DNA of 64,000 bases from Promethearchaeota archaeon (GTDB taxonomy: Archaea > Asgardarchaeota > Lokiarchaeia > Sigyniarchaeales > SOKP01), in contig JBHLLU010000015.1 of NCBI GenBank assembly GCA_048938895.1, forward strand, positions 17,055-81,054. Direction: 5' to 3'. A program made the translations under genes and the position numbers. Of the stretch, positions 9,775-19,120 are shown in pieces; position 1 is the stretch's first letter, and each line of letters begins with the position of its first letter. The notes under the pieces were generated by a model. It saw only the letters and a program-made list of their open reading frames with translations, made no database searches and had not been told where the DNA came from.

Positions 9775-11175
9775 TTGATGAGTGATTCAAAACTGCAATC
9801 AGAATTGAAGTTTGAGGATTATGGGAGAAAACAAAAATGGAGTTTTGGTATGTCTTCATTTGCTTTGTTTTTCATAAATAGTGCATTTAATACATGGGTT
9901 TTTTCATTCTATTTTACCGCTGTTGGATTAGAAGCTTTAACAATTACCACTGCATTTGTATTATGGACGATTTGGAATGCCTTTAATGATCCTATGGTTG
10001 GATTTTTATCAGATCGAACAAAAACTCGGTGGGGTCGTCGTAGACCATATCTTTTTATCGGTTTAATCCCTGTACTTATCATTGAAGTAATATTATGGTT
10101 ACCACCTACAGGTAGTGAAATTCTAGGTTTTATTTATTTACTTATAATGTTAATCAGCTATGATACGTTTTATACAATGTTAGCATTACCCACAGATTCC
10201 CTTTTTCCTGAATTGTATACATCTGTAGAAGAAAGAGCAGAAGTAAATACAATAAGGCAAATTTTATCAACAATAGGGTTGATTATGGCGTTCTTAGTTC
10301 CAGGTATATTTATAGGAGACCTAAGTGAAAAATCTGGTTATTTAATTAATGGAATTGTTACATCGGTAATAGTGGGTGTTACAATGTTTATTTATTTATT
10401 ATGGGGTGCTAAAGAGCGTCCTGAATTTAAAATGGATCATCGTCATGAGTTTGGATTTTTCAGGGGTTTACGGTATACGTTCAAAAATAAAGGATTTATA
10501 CTCTATAGTATGATGTTTTTTTTATATGAGTATACTCTTCTCGTATTAGCCACTACTGTCCCTTTATACGCTCAAGAAGTACTTGGAGTAACTGATACAT
10601 TTCTAACTGCTTTATTATTGGGAGTAATGTTTATCATAGGGATACTTACAGTAATTATCTGGGGAAAATTGGATATAAAACTTGGAAGCTTGAAAGCATA
10701 TGCGATTTCTATAGTTGCTTATATTATAGCGTCAATTCCATTGTTAATTGTATCCAATTTCTTTACCTGTTTAATAACGGTGATATTTATGGGATTTGGA
10801 TTTGGGGGTATGTTATATTTTGTATACCTCATTATAGCAGATGTAATCGATGAGGATGAACTTAAGACGGGAGTAAGGCGAGAAGGAACATTTTTTGGGA
10901 TTACAAACTTTTTTATGAGATTATCAATGATATTATCAATTGTCACAGTAGGGTTAGTATTTACTGGGGCAGACTGGTCGGACTATACACCCAAACCTGG
11001 TGTAAACACTATTATTGGTCTTAAATTGCTTGTTTTCCTTTTCCCTGCTGTAGCACTTATAGCAACATTAATATGTTTATTATATTATCCATATACAAAA
11101 TCAAAGGTAGAAGAAATTAAAAACCAGTTAACAAAATTACATACGGAAAAGAGAGATAGGCTTAAATCCTCTTAG
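9775..11175 (+). CDS. MFS transporter, GPH/MelB family
   Basis: WNAFNDPMVGFLSDRTKTRWGRRRPY, ADVIDEDE, RREG; about 12 TM segments. Confidence 0.92.
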   Translation: MMSDSKLQSELKFEDYGRKQKWSFGMSSFALFFINSAFNTWVFSFYFTAVGLEALTITTAFVLWTIWNAFNDPMVGFLSDRTKTRWGRRRPYLFIGLIPVLIIEVILWLPPTGSEILGFIYLLIMLISYDTFYTMLALPTDSLFPELYTSVEERAEVNTIRQILSTIGLIMAFLVPGIFIGDLSEKSGYLINGIVTSVIVGVTMFIYLLWGAKERPEFKMDHRHEFGFFRGLRYTFKNKGFILYSMMFFLYEYTLLVLATTVPLYAQEVLGVTDTFLTALLLGVMFIIGILTVIIWGKLDIKLGSLKAYAISIVAYIIASIPLLIVSNFFTCLITVIFMGFGFGGMLYFVYLIIADVIDEDELKTGVRREGTFFGITNFFMRLSMILSIVTVGLVFTGADWSDYTPKPGVNTIIGLKLLVFLFPAVALIATLICLLYYPYTKSKVEEIKNQLTKLHTEKRDRLKSS

Positions 11176-11197
11176 AATAATTTTTTTTCACTTCTTT

Positions 11198-12706
11198 TTA
11201 ATCTGATACCTCTGGTAAATTTAATGATTTATCTGAGTCTTCTAATCCTTCTAATCTGCGATACTCATCATAAGTGCGTCCAGAGACTATTTTGTGATAT
11301 TCATTCAACTTTTTTTCCACATATTCACCTAAACTTGGTCCTTTTTGAGTTTCTAATATTTCTTCGACCTTTTCTTTTGCTCTATCCATAATTTCTTTAG
11401 CACCTGCTCTTTGCCATACACCTCTTCTATCTCTATCAGCAAGTAAAGGGACAAAGAGTTCTTTCCGGGTATTCTTTGCTGTATGCTTCAAGCTTAAATA
11501 GGATTTTCCTGACGTGGCAACTTTTTTAATTTCCTCTATAGCAAGAGATTCTTTTTCAACTCTAATGCCTTCTAAACCTCTTTTTACAATACTACATAAT
11601 TCATCATCAATTACCAATAATTCTAAAGCTTCTGAAAGTGATGATTCATAAGTTCCTGCACAGGTTATATAGTTAATACCCGCATGAGCAGATGTAAACA
11701 AAGTCATAAATCTTTCATATCCATTTTGAATATCAAAACATTTAGATTCTGTAACCGCTCCTGGTCCTCGTGAAGGTATATCGTAATATCGAGCCATTTG
11801 AGCTGTAGCTGCGGTAATTAAACCAGTTTCTATGGAACCCCATGCTACATTACCCGTTGCTGGGTCCATTGGTGCTGACATTGATGAATAGAAAACAGGT
11901 GCACCCGGATTAATGAGTTGAGTAAGTACTATTGCTGAGAGTGTTTCCATATTAGCTTGAACAAGTAAACCCGCAAGAGTAACGGGCGCTGTTGAACCTG
12001 CACTAGCAGCAGGTGCTATTATTAAAGGTTGATTATATTTAGCAAATACAAAGAGACCATTTAATAGAATTTGTGTATGAATTAACGGACTCGTTGGATT
12101 ATAGAAGCCAATAAGTCTAGGTCTTTTTTTAAGTTCCTCTTCACTCCCGACGATAATAGAAAGCATATTAATCATATCCTGTGATGGAGTTCTCCCTAAG
12201 CATCCTAAACCATATGGTTTAAAGCTGTTTCTGGCCCAAGCATTGATTGCATGCCAATGTAGCTCTGTATATGGAACATCATTTGGCCACACATCTACAT
12301 GACTACAATGTATGTTTTTCAGACTATCAACGATACGAATCTGTTTGATCGTATCGGCAAGTGCAGTTTTCCTTATCCCTTTCTTATGGGTGCGGTCATA
12401 AATTTTTACAGGAGTACCTACTGTAGCAAAATTTACAGTGTTTGTATTTATGTCTAATTGGAATGATCCATCTGGTCCCCAAAGAGAGAAGGAATTTGGT
12501 ACGGTTTTAAGGTGTTTAACTACAAGATCGTGTGGAAATTGGACAAAATGATCATCCTGATTTAAAATACATCCCTTTTCTTTTAAAAAATCACGTGCTT
12601 CTGGAGACTCTACTTTAACTCCAATATCTTCAAGTAAATCAAGTGTATGATTATGAATTGTATCAATTTCTTCATTTGATAACACTTCTAATTTATTCAT
12701 TTTCAT
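11198..12706 (-). CDS. Trimethylamine methyltransferase (MttB) superfamily, non-pyrrolysine
   Basis: LLEDIGVKV, AGSTAPVTLAG, NPGAPV, QMARYYDIPSR, SKCFDIQNGYE, LVIDDE. No in-frame TAG. Confidence 0.92.
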   Translation of the reverse strand: MKMNKLEVLSNEEIDTIHNHTLDLLEDIGVKVESPEARDFLKEKGCILNQDDHFVQFPHDLVVKHLKTVPNSFSLWGPDGSFQLDINTNTVNFATVGTPVKIYDRTHKKGIRKTALADTIKQIRIVDSLKNIHCSHVDVWPNDVPYTELHWHAINAWARNSFKPYGLGCLGRTPSQDMINMLSIIVGSEEELKKRPRLIGFYNPTSPLIHTQILLNGLFVFAKYNQPLIIAPAASAGSTAPVTLAGLLVQANMETLSAIVLTQLINPGAPVFYSSMSAPMDPATGNVAWGSIETGLITAATAQMARYYDIPSRGPGAVTESKCFDIQNGYERFMTLFTSAHAGINYITCAGTYESSLSEALELLVIDDELCSIVKRGLEGIRVEKESLAIEEIKKVATSGKSYLSLKHTAKNTRKELFVPLLADRDRRGVWQRAGAKEIMDRAKEKVEEILETQKGPSLGEYVEKKLNEYHKIVSGRTYDEYRRLEGLEDSDKSLNLPEVSD

Positions 12707-12745
12707 TATTTTAACCTTAGCTTATGAATTGTTGATACATTTATT

Positions 12746-14044
12746 TTATATTTGTTTTAAAGCTTGGTCTAAATCAGAAATTAAATCTTCTGCATTTTCA
12801 AGACCAACAGAAAACCTAAAATGAGTTTTAGGGATATTCATAGCTTTAAGTTCCCATTTACTAAGATTGATTCCTGTCATCAAGGTAGTATATTCTATCA
12901 AAGACGTGGTATCTCCTAGGGATACTCCTACTTTAATTAACTTTAAGAGTTCAATGAATTTGTTACTATCATCTACTGATTCTAATTCAAAACCAATCAT
13001 CCCACTAAAACTTTTCATTTGTCTTTTTGCTATCTCATGCCCTGGATGAGATTCTAGGCCAGGATATGCTACATTCTTAATCTTTGAGTGGTCTTCTAGA
13101 TATTGAGCGATTTTTAAAGCATTCAATGAATGCCTTTCCATTCTTAAATCTAATGTTCTAATTCCTCGTAAAATTAACCAAGCATTGAAAGGGCTAAGCA
13201 CTTGACCTTGAGTTTCTAACCAGAAATATCTAATATCTCGGATTTGATTTTTTGGACCAATTATTGCTCCACCTAAACAATCTCCGTGTCCGTTAATATA
13301 TTTTGTTAAACTTTCAATTACAAGATCCGCTCCTAACTCTAATGGATGTTGTAATGCAGGTGATGCAAATGTGTTATCTACTATACATTTTCCTCCTACT
13401 TCATGTATAATATCTGAACATACTTTTATATCGATCACATCAATTGTTGGATTTGTTGGGGTCTCAAAAATAAGTAATTTTGTATAATCATTAACTTCTT
13501 TTCTCAATTGATCTAAATCATTTAGATCTACTATTTTGAAATCAACACCAGTTTGTGGATAAATTTTTGTTAACAGCCTATAAATATCTGCATATTGATT
13601 TTTATGCATAATGATTGTAGGGATATTTTCAGGATTATTCTGTGGTATTAAAGATCTAAGCTTATCGAGCTTTTTCCTCTCAACTCGTTCTTGTAATATA
13701 GATTGACAAGCTAGATGGACTGCTCCCATCCCTGAAGCGACGGAAATAGCTTCTTCACCCTTATGAAGTGTAGCTAATTTTTGATCAAGTGCTTGCAAAG
13801 TTGGATTTTCAGTTCTGGAGTAGTTATAGAAATTCTTTAAAAGTTCAGAAAAAGTATCGTAAGCAAATGATTTTGTAGCATAAATGGGAGTTCGTAAACT
13901 ATATGATGACTCTGGATAAGGATATTCTCCTGCGTGAATAGTTTGGGTGCTAAATCCCATTTTTGCCCACTTTTCCATATTTTTTTTATTTTTTTGAATT
14001 AAGATTTCCCTTTTTTCTTCAAAACTTGCACCATTCCTTTCCAT
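12746..14044 (-). CDS. PLP-dependent Cys/Met metabolism enzyme, methionine gamma-lyase-like
   Basis: YSRTENPT, ASGMGA, FETPTNP, VDNTFASP, ESLTKYINGHGD (PLP lysine), VSLGD, RFSVGLE. Confidence 0.9.
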   Translation of the reverse strand: MERNGASFEEKREILIQKNKKNMEKWAKMGFSTQTIHAGEYPYPESSYSLRTPIYATKSFAYDTFSELLKNFYNYSRTENPTLQALDQKLATLHKGEEAISVASGMGAVHLACQSILQERVERKKLDKLRSLIPQNNPENIPTIIMHKNQYADIYRLLTKIYPQTGVDFKIVDLNDLDQLRKEVNDYTKLLIFETPTNPTIDVIDIKVCSDIIHEVGGKCIVDNTFASPALQHPLELGADLVIESLTKYINGHGDCLGGAIIGPKNQIRDIRYFWLETQGQVLSPFNAWLILRGIRTLDLRMERHSLNALKIAQYLEDHSKIKNVAYPGLESHPGHEIAKRQMKSFSGMIGFELESVDDSNKFIELLKLIKVGVSLGDTTSLIEYTTLMTGINLSKWELKAMNIPKTHFRFSVGLENAEDLISDLDQALKQI

Positions 14045-14136
14045 ATTATCACTATTTTCAGTCTTATTTTTTAAACTAAATTTTTTTACAAAGCAAACAA
14101 TAATCTTAATATCTTATACCTAAAAAAGGAGATGTT

Positions 14137-14784
14137 ATGTCTTTAGAAGAAAAAATAGAAGAATCTATTGTTGCTTGGGATGAGGAAGGACTAAGAAAAA
14201 CGTGCTTATCCTCAATAGAAAGCGATAATGTAGAAGCTGCGGAGATATTAAGAATTATCGGAGGAATTATGAGAAAGATTGGCAAATTATTTGAGGAAGA
14301 AGAAATTTTCCTTCCTGATTTGATTGGTTCTGCAAATGTGGTGAAAAATGTTATTGATGATGTGCTAGATCCAATCATTAGATCCTCAGGTGAGAAAAGA
14401 GAGACGTTAGGAACCATTGTTTTAGGAACAGTAGAAGGGGATGTTCATAGCATCGGGAAAGATTTAGTTGCCGCTTTCTTATTTTCAAACGGATTTGAAG
14501 TGTTTAATTTAGGGGAAGAAGTACCTCCCGCAAAATACATTGAAAAAGCAGAAGAAGTTAATGCTCAAATAATAGGGCTCTCTTCTTTATTAACAATGTC
14601 CATGGATATACAAAGACAAGTGATTGAAGAATTAAATAAAAGGGGATTAAGGGATAAATATAAAGTTATAATCGGTGGTAGTCCCACATCTGAGGAATGG
14701 GCCGAAGAAATAGGTGCTGACGGTTGGGCAGATGATGCTATTGAAGCTGTTGAACTTACTATAAATCTGTTGCATAAAAAGTGA
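14137..14784 (+). CDS. Corrinoid (B12-binding) methyltransferase cognate protein, MttC/MtgC-like
   Basis: N-terminal cap domain with IFLPDL; GDVHSIGK (DxHxxG), GLSSL, IIGGSP, IGADG. Confidence 0.93.
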   Translation: MSLEEKIEESIVAWDEEGLRKTCLSSIESDNVEAAEILRIIGGIMRKIGKLFEEEEIFLPDLIGSANVVKNVIDDVLDPIIRSSGEKRETLGTIVLGTVEGDVHSIGKDLVAAFLFSNGFEVFNLGEEVPPAKYIEKAEEVNAQIIGLSSLLTMSMDIQRQVIEELNKRGLRDKYKVIIGGSPTSEEWAEEIGADGWADDAIEAVELTINLLHKK

Positions 14785-14794
14785 GGTAATAAAA

Positions 14795-16324
14795 ATGAAA
14801 TTAAACTATTTAGAACCGTTATCTAAGGATGAAGTTAAAATTATTGATTCTGCAGCAATTGAATTACTTTCTAATGTAGGAATAAAGGTTGATGCAGAGA
14901 ACGCTAAAAATTTGTTTATAAAATCTGGTTGTAAGATCGATAAAGACACTAATTTTGTTAAAATTCCTGAGAGTTTAGTGAAAGATAAGTTAAAGTCCGT
15001 ACCAAGCTCATTTAAACTCTATGGTTCTGATGGAAAATATAATTTTGAAGTTAATACTTCGAGTACTAAATTTGCGACTATCGGTACCCCTGTAAAAATT
15101 TATGATCCCTCTCAAAAGAGAGGAATAAGAAGAACAATTCTTGACGATACTATACAACAGATTAAGCTTGTAGATTGCCTGGAAAATATTGTATGCTCTC
15201 ACATTGATGTATGGCCTAATGATGTTAAAGTTACCGCCTTACACGCTCATTGCATTTACCAATGGTATAAAAATTCTAAAAAGCCTTACGGCTTGGGATG
15301 TTTGGGAAAATTAGCAAGTCAAGATATGATGAATATGCTCTCAATTATCGTTGGGGGAGATGAAGAGTTAAAAAAAAATCCAAGATTAGTGGGTTTCATG
15401 AACCCTACAAGCCCTTTACACTTACCTCAACTTATGACAAATGGGTATGAAATTTTTGCTAAATATAATCAACCAACAATTATCGCTCCAGAAGCTATGG
15501 CTGGAAGTACGGCACCTGTTACACTTGCAGGTCTACTCGCCCAAATAGTTGCCGAAACCTTAGCAGGGGCAGTTCTAGGACAGTTATACAATCCAGGATC
15601 TCCAATTTTCTTCGCAACAGTTTCTAATACAACAGATATGAGATCAGGAAATTCTGCTATCGGGGCAATTGAAACGGGATTAATCACAGCAGGGATGGCT
15701 CAAATGGCTCGATATTACAATATCCCCTCGCGAGGACCTGGGGGAGTTACTGATTCAAAAGTACTGGATATTCAAAATGGATTTGAAAGACTTCAAACAT
15801 TAATGCTTGCTGTACAAGCGGGAATTAATTATATAACCTGTGCAGGCACTTATGAAGCAACTTTGGTTGAGGCTTTGGAATTACTAGTAATCGATGATGA
15901 GTTAGCTAGTATCTGTTTGCGAGCAATGGAAGGAATTGATGTTAATGATGATACTCTTGGATTAGATGTCATTAAAAAAGTAGCAACAAACCCTAAAAAG
16001 GGAGTAACCTATTTGAGCGAAAAACATACACAAAAATATATGAAAAAAGAGTTATATATTCCAAAATTGATCGATCGTAATCGTCGTACCACTTGGAGGA
16101 AAAAAGGATCGAAAGATATCGTTGAACGGTCAAGAGATCGAGTAAATGAACTTTTGGAGAATTTTATTGCTCCAGATATTAATCCTGATATTGAAGCCAA
16201 ATTATTATCAATGATCAACGATATTGAAAAAAGGTCTATAGATTTATATAAAGAAATTGAAGGTATTACAGCAGATAGTGTTTCAATTGAACATGTGGAG
16301 ATCAAATCTGATAAAGAGAAGTAA
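14795..16324 (+). CDS. Trimethylamine methyltransferase (MttB) superfamily, non-pyrrolysine (paralog of 11198..12706)
   Basis: Same motifs as the paralog: FATIGTPVKIYD, CSHIDVWPND, AGSTAPVTLAG, DSKVLDIQNGFE. GAGGT Shine-Dalgarno-like sequence upstream. Confidence 0.92.
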   Translation: MKLNYLEPLSKDEVKIIDSAAIELLSNVGIKVDAENAKNLFIKSGCKIDKDTNFVKIPESLVKDKLKSVPSSFKLYGSDGKYNFEVNTSSTKFATIGTPVKIYDPSQKRGIRRTILDDTIQQIKLVDCLENIVCSHIDVWPNDVKVTALHAHCIYQWYKNSKKPYGLGCLGKLASQDMMNMLSIIVGGDEELKKNPRLVGFMNPTSPLHLPQLMTNGYEIFAKYNQPTIIAPEAMAGSTAPVTLAGLLAQIVAETLAGAVLGQLYNPGSPIFFATVSNTTDMRSGNSAIGAIETGLITAGMAQMARYYNIPSRGPGGVTDSKVLDIQNGFERLQTLMLAVQAGINYITCAGTYEATLVEALELLVIDDELASICLRAMEGIDVNDDTLGLDVIKKVATNPKKGVTYLSEKHTQKYMKKELYIPKLIDRNRRTTWRKKGSKDIVERSRDRVNELLENFIAPDINPDIEAKLLSMINDIEKRSIDLYKEIEGITADSVSIEHVEIKSDKEK

Positions 16325-16335
16325 TTGAAAGTAAT

Positions 16336-17052
16336 TTAATCATTTTTAGTTTTTCTTCTACAAACTTTTCTTAATAGTTCTAATACATCTACTTTCAACA
16401 TTACATACACTAAAACTAAAATTATATATAGAGATACAATTGAAATAACCCAATTCTCTCCTCCAATCAACCTACATATATTAATCAGATTATAAGCAAA
16501 AATTAGCATTAAACTTAACTTTCCGAGCCATATCCAAAAGACAGTTTTCTTAAAGTCATATTTGATCAATCCTAAGGGTATAGTTATCATATCATCGTTT
16601 AAGGGTGTTAATCCGAATATATATATTAAAATAGGGGCCAATTGTGGATGCATGCTAAAATATTGTTGGTATTTCTTTAAATTTTCAGTTCTTTCCTTAG
16701 AAATCAATTCAGAAGCACCTCTTCCTACTAAATAACCAATTAGTTCTCCAATTAAACACCCTAATGAAGCCACAAATCCGACAAGAAGAGGTATCATATA
16801 ATTTATTTGTAAAAAAGGTAGAGAAGAAAAACACACAACGAAAGTGTAAGGTGTAGGAACTGGAAGAAGGTTACCTATTAAACATACCCAAAATGTTACT
16901 AAAAGCCCCGTCCCTAAGTTTTGAAAGGGAGCATATTTAGATATATCCTCAATTATTTCTCTATGGGATGCGTTTAACACCAAATCTATTGAAAGAATAG
17001 AGATTAAAATAATAAGGAAAAAAAAGGCATAGTCGATTTTCGTTAATTTCAA
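16336..17052 (-). CDS. DedA/VTT (SNARE-associated) family membrane protein
   Basis: LLPVPTP, GELIGYLVGRG, FGLTPLNDD...IPLG, WLGK. Confidence 0.82.
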   Translation of the reverse strand: MKLTKIDYAFFFLIILISILSIDLVLNASHREIIEDISKYAPFQNLGTGLLVTFWVCLIGNLLPVPTPYTFVVCFSSLPFLQINYMIPLLVGFVASLGCLIGELIGYLVGRGASELISKERTENLKKYQQYFSMHPQLAPILIYIFGLTPLNDDMITIPLGLIKYDFKKTVFWIWLGKLSLMLIFAYNLINICRLIGGENWVISIVSLYIILVLVYVMLKVDVLELLRKVCRRKTKND

Positions 17053-17125
17053 AATAGTCCAATATTTTTATTTAATTTAGGTAAATAAACGATCAATAAT
17101 TCAAAAATTAATTTGATAAGTTCAG

Positions 17126-17272
17126 TTAAAGAAGAGGAAGTGCAATTAATATTATGCTTGCTAAAATACTAATAAAAAATAAAACCACAATGAATATGCC
17201 AATAACCATATTTTTCTTTTTTCTACTTTTACCTCGTGAATTCTGAGAGGTTCTATATTTTGGGCGACTCAT
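17126..17272 (-). CDS. Small tail-anchored membrane protein, 48 aa (not in ORF track)
   Basis: Manual translation MSRPKYRTSQNSRGKSRKKKNMVIGIFIVVLFFISILASIILIALPLL. ATG lies 5 nt after the gelsolin gene stop, preceded by AGGAAG. Confidence 0.65.
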   Translation of the reverse strand: MSRPKYRTSQNSRGKSRKKKNMVIGIFIVVLFFISILASIILIALPLL

Positions 17273-17277
17273 CTTCC

Positions 17278-17952
17278 TTAATCACTATTTTTTTGTAGTA
17301 ATTCTGTGAGAACGACATTATTATAAGAGAAGAGCATTCTTGGTATATAATCTTCAGCTAAATAAGTTCCATCTTCAACTTCCTCCTTTAAGGGAAATAG
17401 TCTTTTCTCTCTAATGGTAGATCCTAAATAATCTCTGTCATATTCCTTATAACCGAATATCCTATTATTTACTATTACCATCTTACGCTCATATCCTTCT
17501 GGTATTCCTGCTTTTTCTAATAACAAAAGAATTTTTTCTCTTGATAATGATTCAAGGAGTTCCATATCTTGTTCCGTCCCTTCATAAGCAGGGCCTTTTT
17601 GAACTTCCGTATAATCAACTTCCTCTTCCACACCAGCCATAACATTGAATCCTACAGTTTCATTATCCTCATCAACAGCAGAAATTTTGTAACCGATACC
17701 ATATCTATCTCTAATACTTGGAGCGAGTTTAGCTGCAATGAATTTCATTCTTGTTGTAGTATTGGCTCCATGCCATATCCATACTCTATATTTTTTAGGA
17801 TCCACAAAAAGCAAGATAAAATCAGGATCTAATAATTCTGATATTTCTACACTCTCATCAAATTCTAACTCTTGATACTCATTCAATTGATCGTTATATT
17901 GGAACACAATTAGCTTTTCATCTGCTTTTTCAGGAATAGAATCATCTGACAT
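17278..17952 (-). CDS. Gelsolin-domain protein (single gelsolin domain plus C-terminal domain, 1DGelX-like)
   Basis: LLDPDFILLFVD...VWIWHGANTTTRMKFIAAKLA...VDEDNE matches the gelsolin core (L..D.F.LD...IW.W.G). Confidence 0.78.
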   Translation of the reverse strand: MSDDSIPEKADEKLIVFQYNDQLNEYQELEFDESVEISELLDPDFILLFVDPKKYRVWIWHGANTTTRMKFIAAKLAPSIRDRYGIGYKISAVDEDNETVGFNVMAGVEEEVDYTEVQKGPAYEGTEQDMELLESLSREKILLLLEKAGIPEGYERKMVIVNNRIFGYKEYDRDYLGSTIREKRLFPLKEEVEDGTYLAEDYIPRMLFSYNNVVLTELLQKNSD

Positions 17953-18052
17953 AATAATCCATATAAATAGTCTTTCTAAATATTCATTCTTTTCTAATTA
18001 TATATTATTATTTTTGATTTAAAAATTTGGATAAAAGCAATCCAGATTATAA

Positions 18053-18164
18053 TGCGGGAAGGGAGATTTGAACTCCCGAACTCCTACGAGACTGAATTCT
18101 GAGTCTAGCTGATAAAGAGGTCATATCAATGTCCAGCGCCTTTACCAGACTTGGCAACTCCCGC
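18053..18164 (-). tRNA. tRNA-Leu(CAG) with 28-nt intron at non-canonical position 32/33 (intron 18103..18130)
   Basis: GCGGGAG/TTCCCGC-A acceptor stem, GCCAAGTCTGGTAAAGGC D arm, long variable arm, GGGAG-TTCAAAT-CTCCC T arm. After splicing the anticodon arm reads CTGGA-CT-CAG-AA-TTCAG. Confidence 0.92.
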
Positions 18165-18273
18165 TCTTTAATCGTTTTATGTAATTAGTATAAATGTAGT
18201 AAAACTAAAAAAAAATTTTGAAATCTTTTCATATAATAAAAATTAAAACCATATAATTATTTGTTCAATTAAT

Positions 18274-19074
18274 TTGAAAACTTTACCTTATAGAGAATTT
18301 GAATCTAAATTAGATAAATTATTAGAGAGAATTCCTTCATTAGGTAAATTGTTATCAAGTTTATTTGGCTTCTTTGAATTCTATATTCTTGAATTATTTC
18401 GAAAAATCGATAAGAAACTTAATATCTATACTCTTGGTATTATAAATAATTATATTCTAAAGGGCAGATGGGGTGGAAAAGTTATTCCTTTAGAACATAA
18501 TATCTCTATTGATACGAAATTTGTGCCTTCTCAAGAAATTTTAGGATTGTTAAACAAATCAAAAGTAGTAGGAATAAGCTGGTGTTATTGTAGAACAATT
18601 CAACGGAAATACAATACTCCTAATTGTAACCATCCACTAAATACTTGTATCCATCTTAGCTTTGGTGAATCATTATATGAAGTTCCGTTTAAATCTTCAA
18701 AGATAAAAATGGTCAAAAAGAAAGAAATCAAAGATTTATTAGAATTTTGTGATGAACGGGGTTTACTACACCAAATCATTTATTTTCCAAATCCCAATTT
18801 TTATTATATCGTTTGTAATTGTTGCCCCTGTTGTTGCGTAGTTTTAAATAAATTTCTCAATAAGGGTTCCCCACAAATGATTAAGAGTGATTTTATAACT
18901 GAAACATCTTCAAACATATGTATAAATTGTGGGGAATGTGAGAAATGGTGCTATTTTGGAGCAAGAATTTTGAAAAATAACATTTTAGAGTTTAACACTA
19001 GGAATTGTTTTGGATGTGGTATTTGTGTTTCAAAATGTCCTAATGGTGCCATCTCACTAGTCAAGAAATCTTAA
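18274..19074 (+). CDS. 4Fe-4S dicluster domain protein with Cys-rich middle domain
   Basis: CYCR..C..C, CNCCPCCC, CINCGECEKWC and CFGCGICVSKCP. Confidence 0.88.
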   Translation: MKTLPYREFESKLDKLLERIPSLGKLLSSLFGFFEFYILELFRKIDKKLNIYTLGIINNYILKGRWGGKVIPLEHNISIDTKFVPSQEILGLLNKSKVVGISWCYCRTIQRKYNTPNCNHPLNTCIHLSFGESLYEVPFKSSKIKMVKKKEIKDLLEFCDERGLLHQIIYFPNPNFYYIVCNCCPCCCVVLNKFLNKGSPQMIKSDFITETSSNICINCGECEKWCYFGARILKNNILEFNTRNCFGCGICVSKCPNGAISLVKKS

Positions 19075-19120
19075 ATAAACTTAAATAGAAAATAACAATT
19101 TAAATGTATCGTGATTTAAA

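Noticed and set aside
9775-11175. MFS transporter as the uptake system of the MttB cluster
   Set aside because: It is a convergently transcribed GPH-family carrier, a family that mostly transports glycosides; no supporting evidence.
11198-16324. Pyrrolysine readthrough in the MttB-family genes
   Set aside because: Both frames are continuous with no in-frame TAG, Val occupies the Pyl-equivalent position, and no pyl genes are in the window.
17126-17272. Identification of the 48-aa protein as Sec61beta or RAMP4
   Set aside because: Topology is similar, but the Sec61beta GL..(Y/F)...I.P motif and the RAMP4 motifs are absent.
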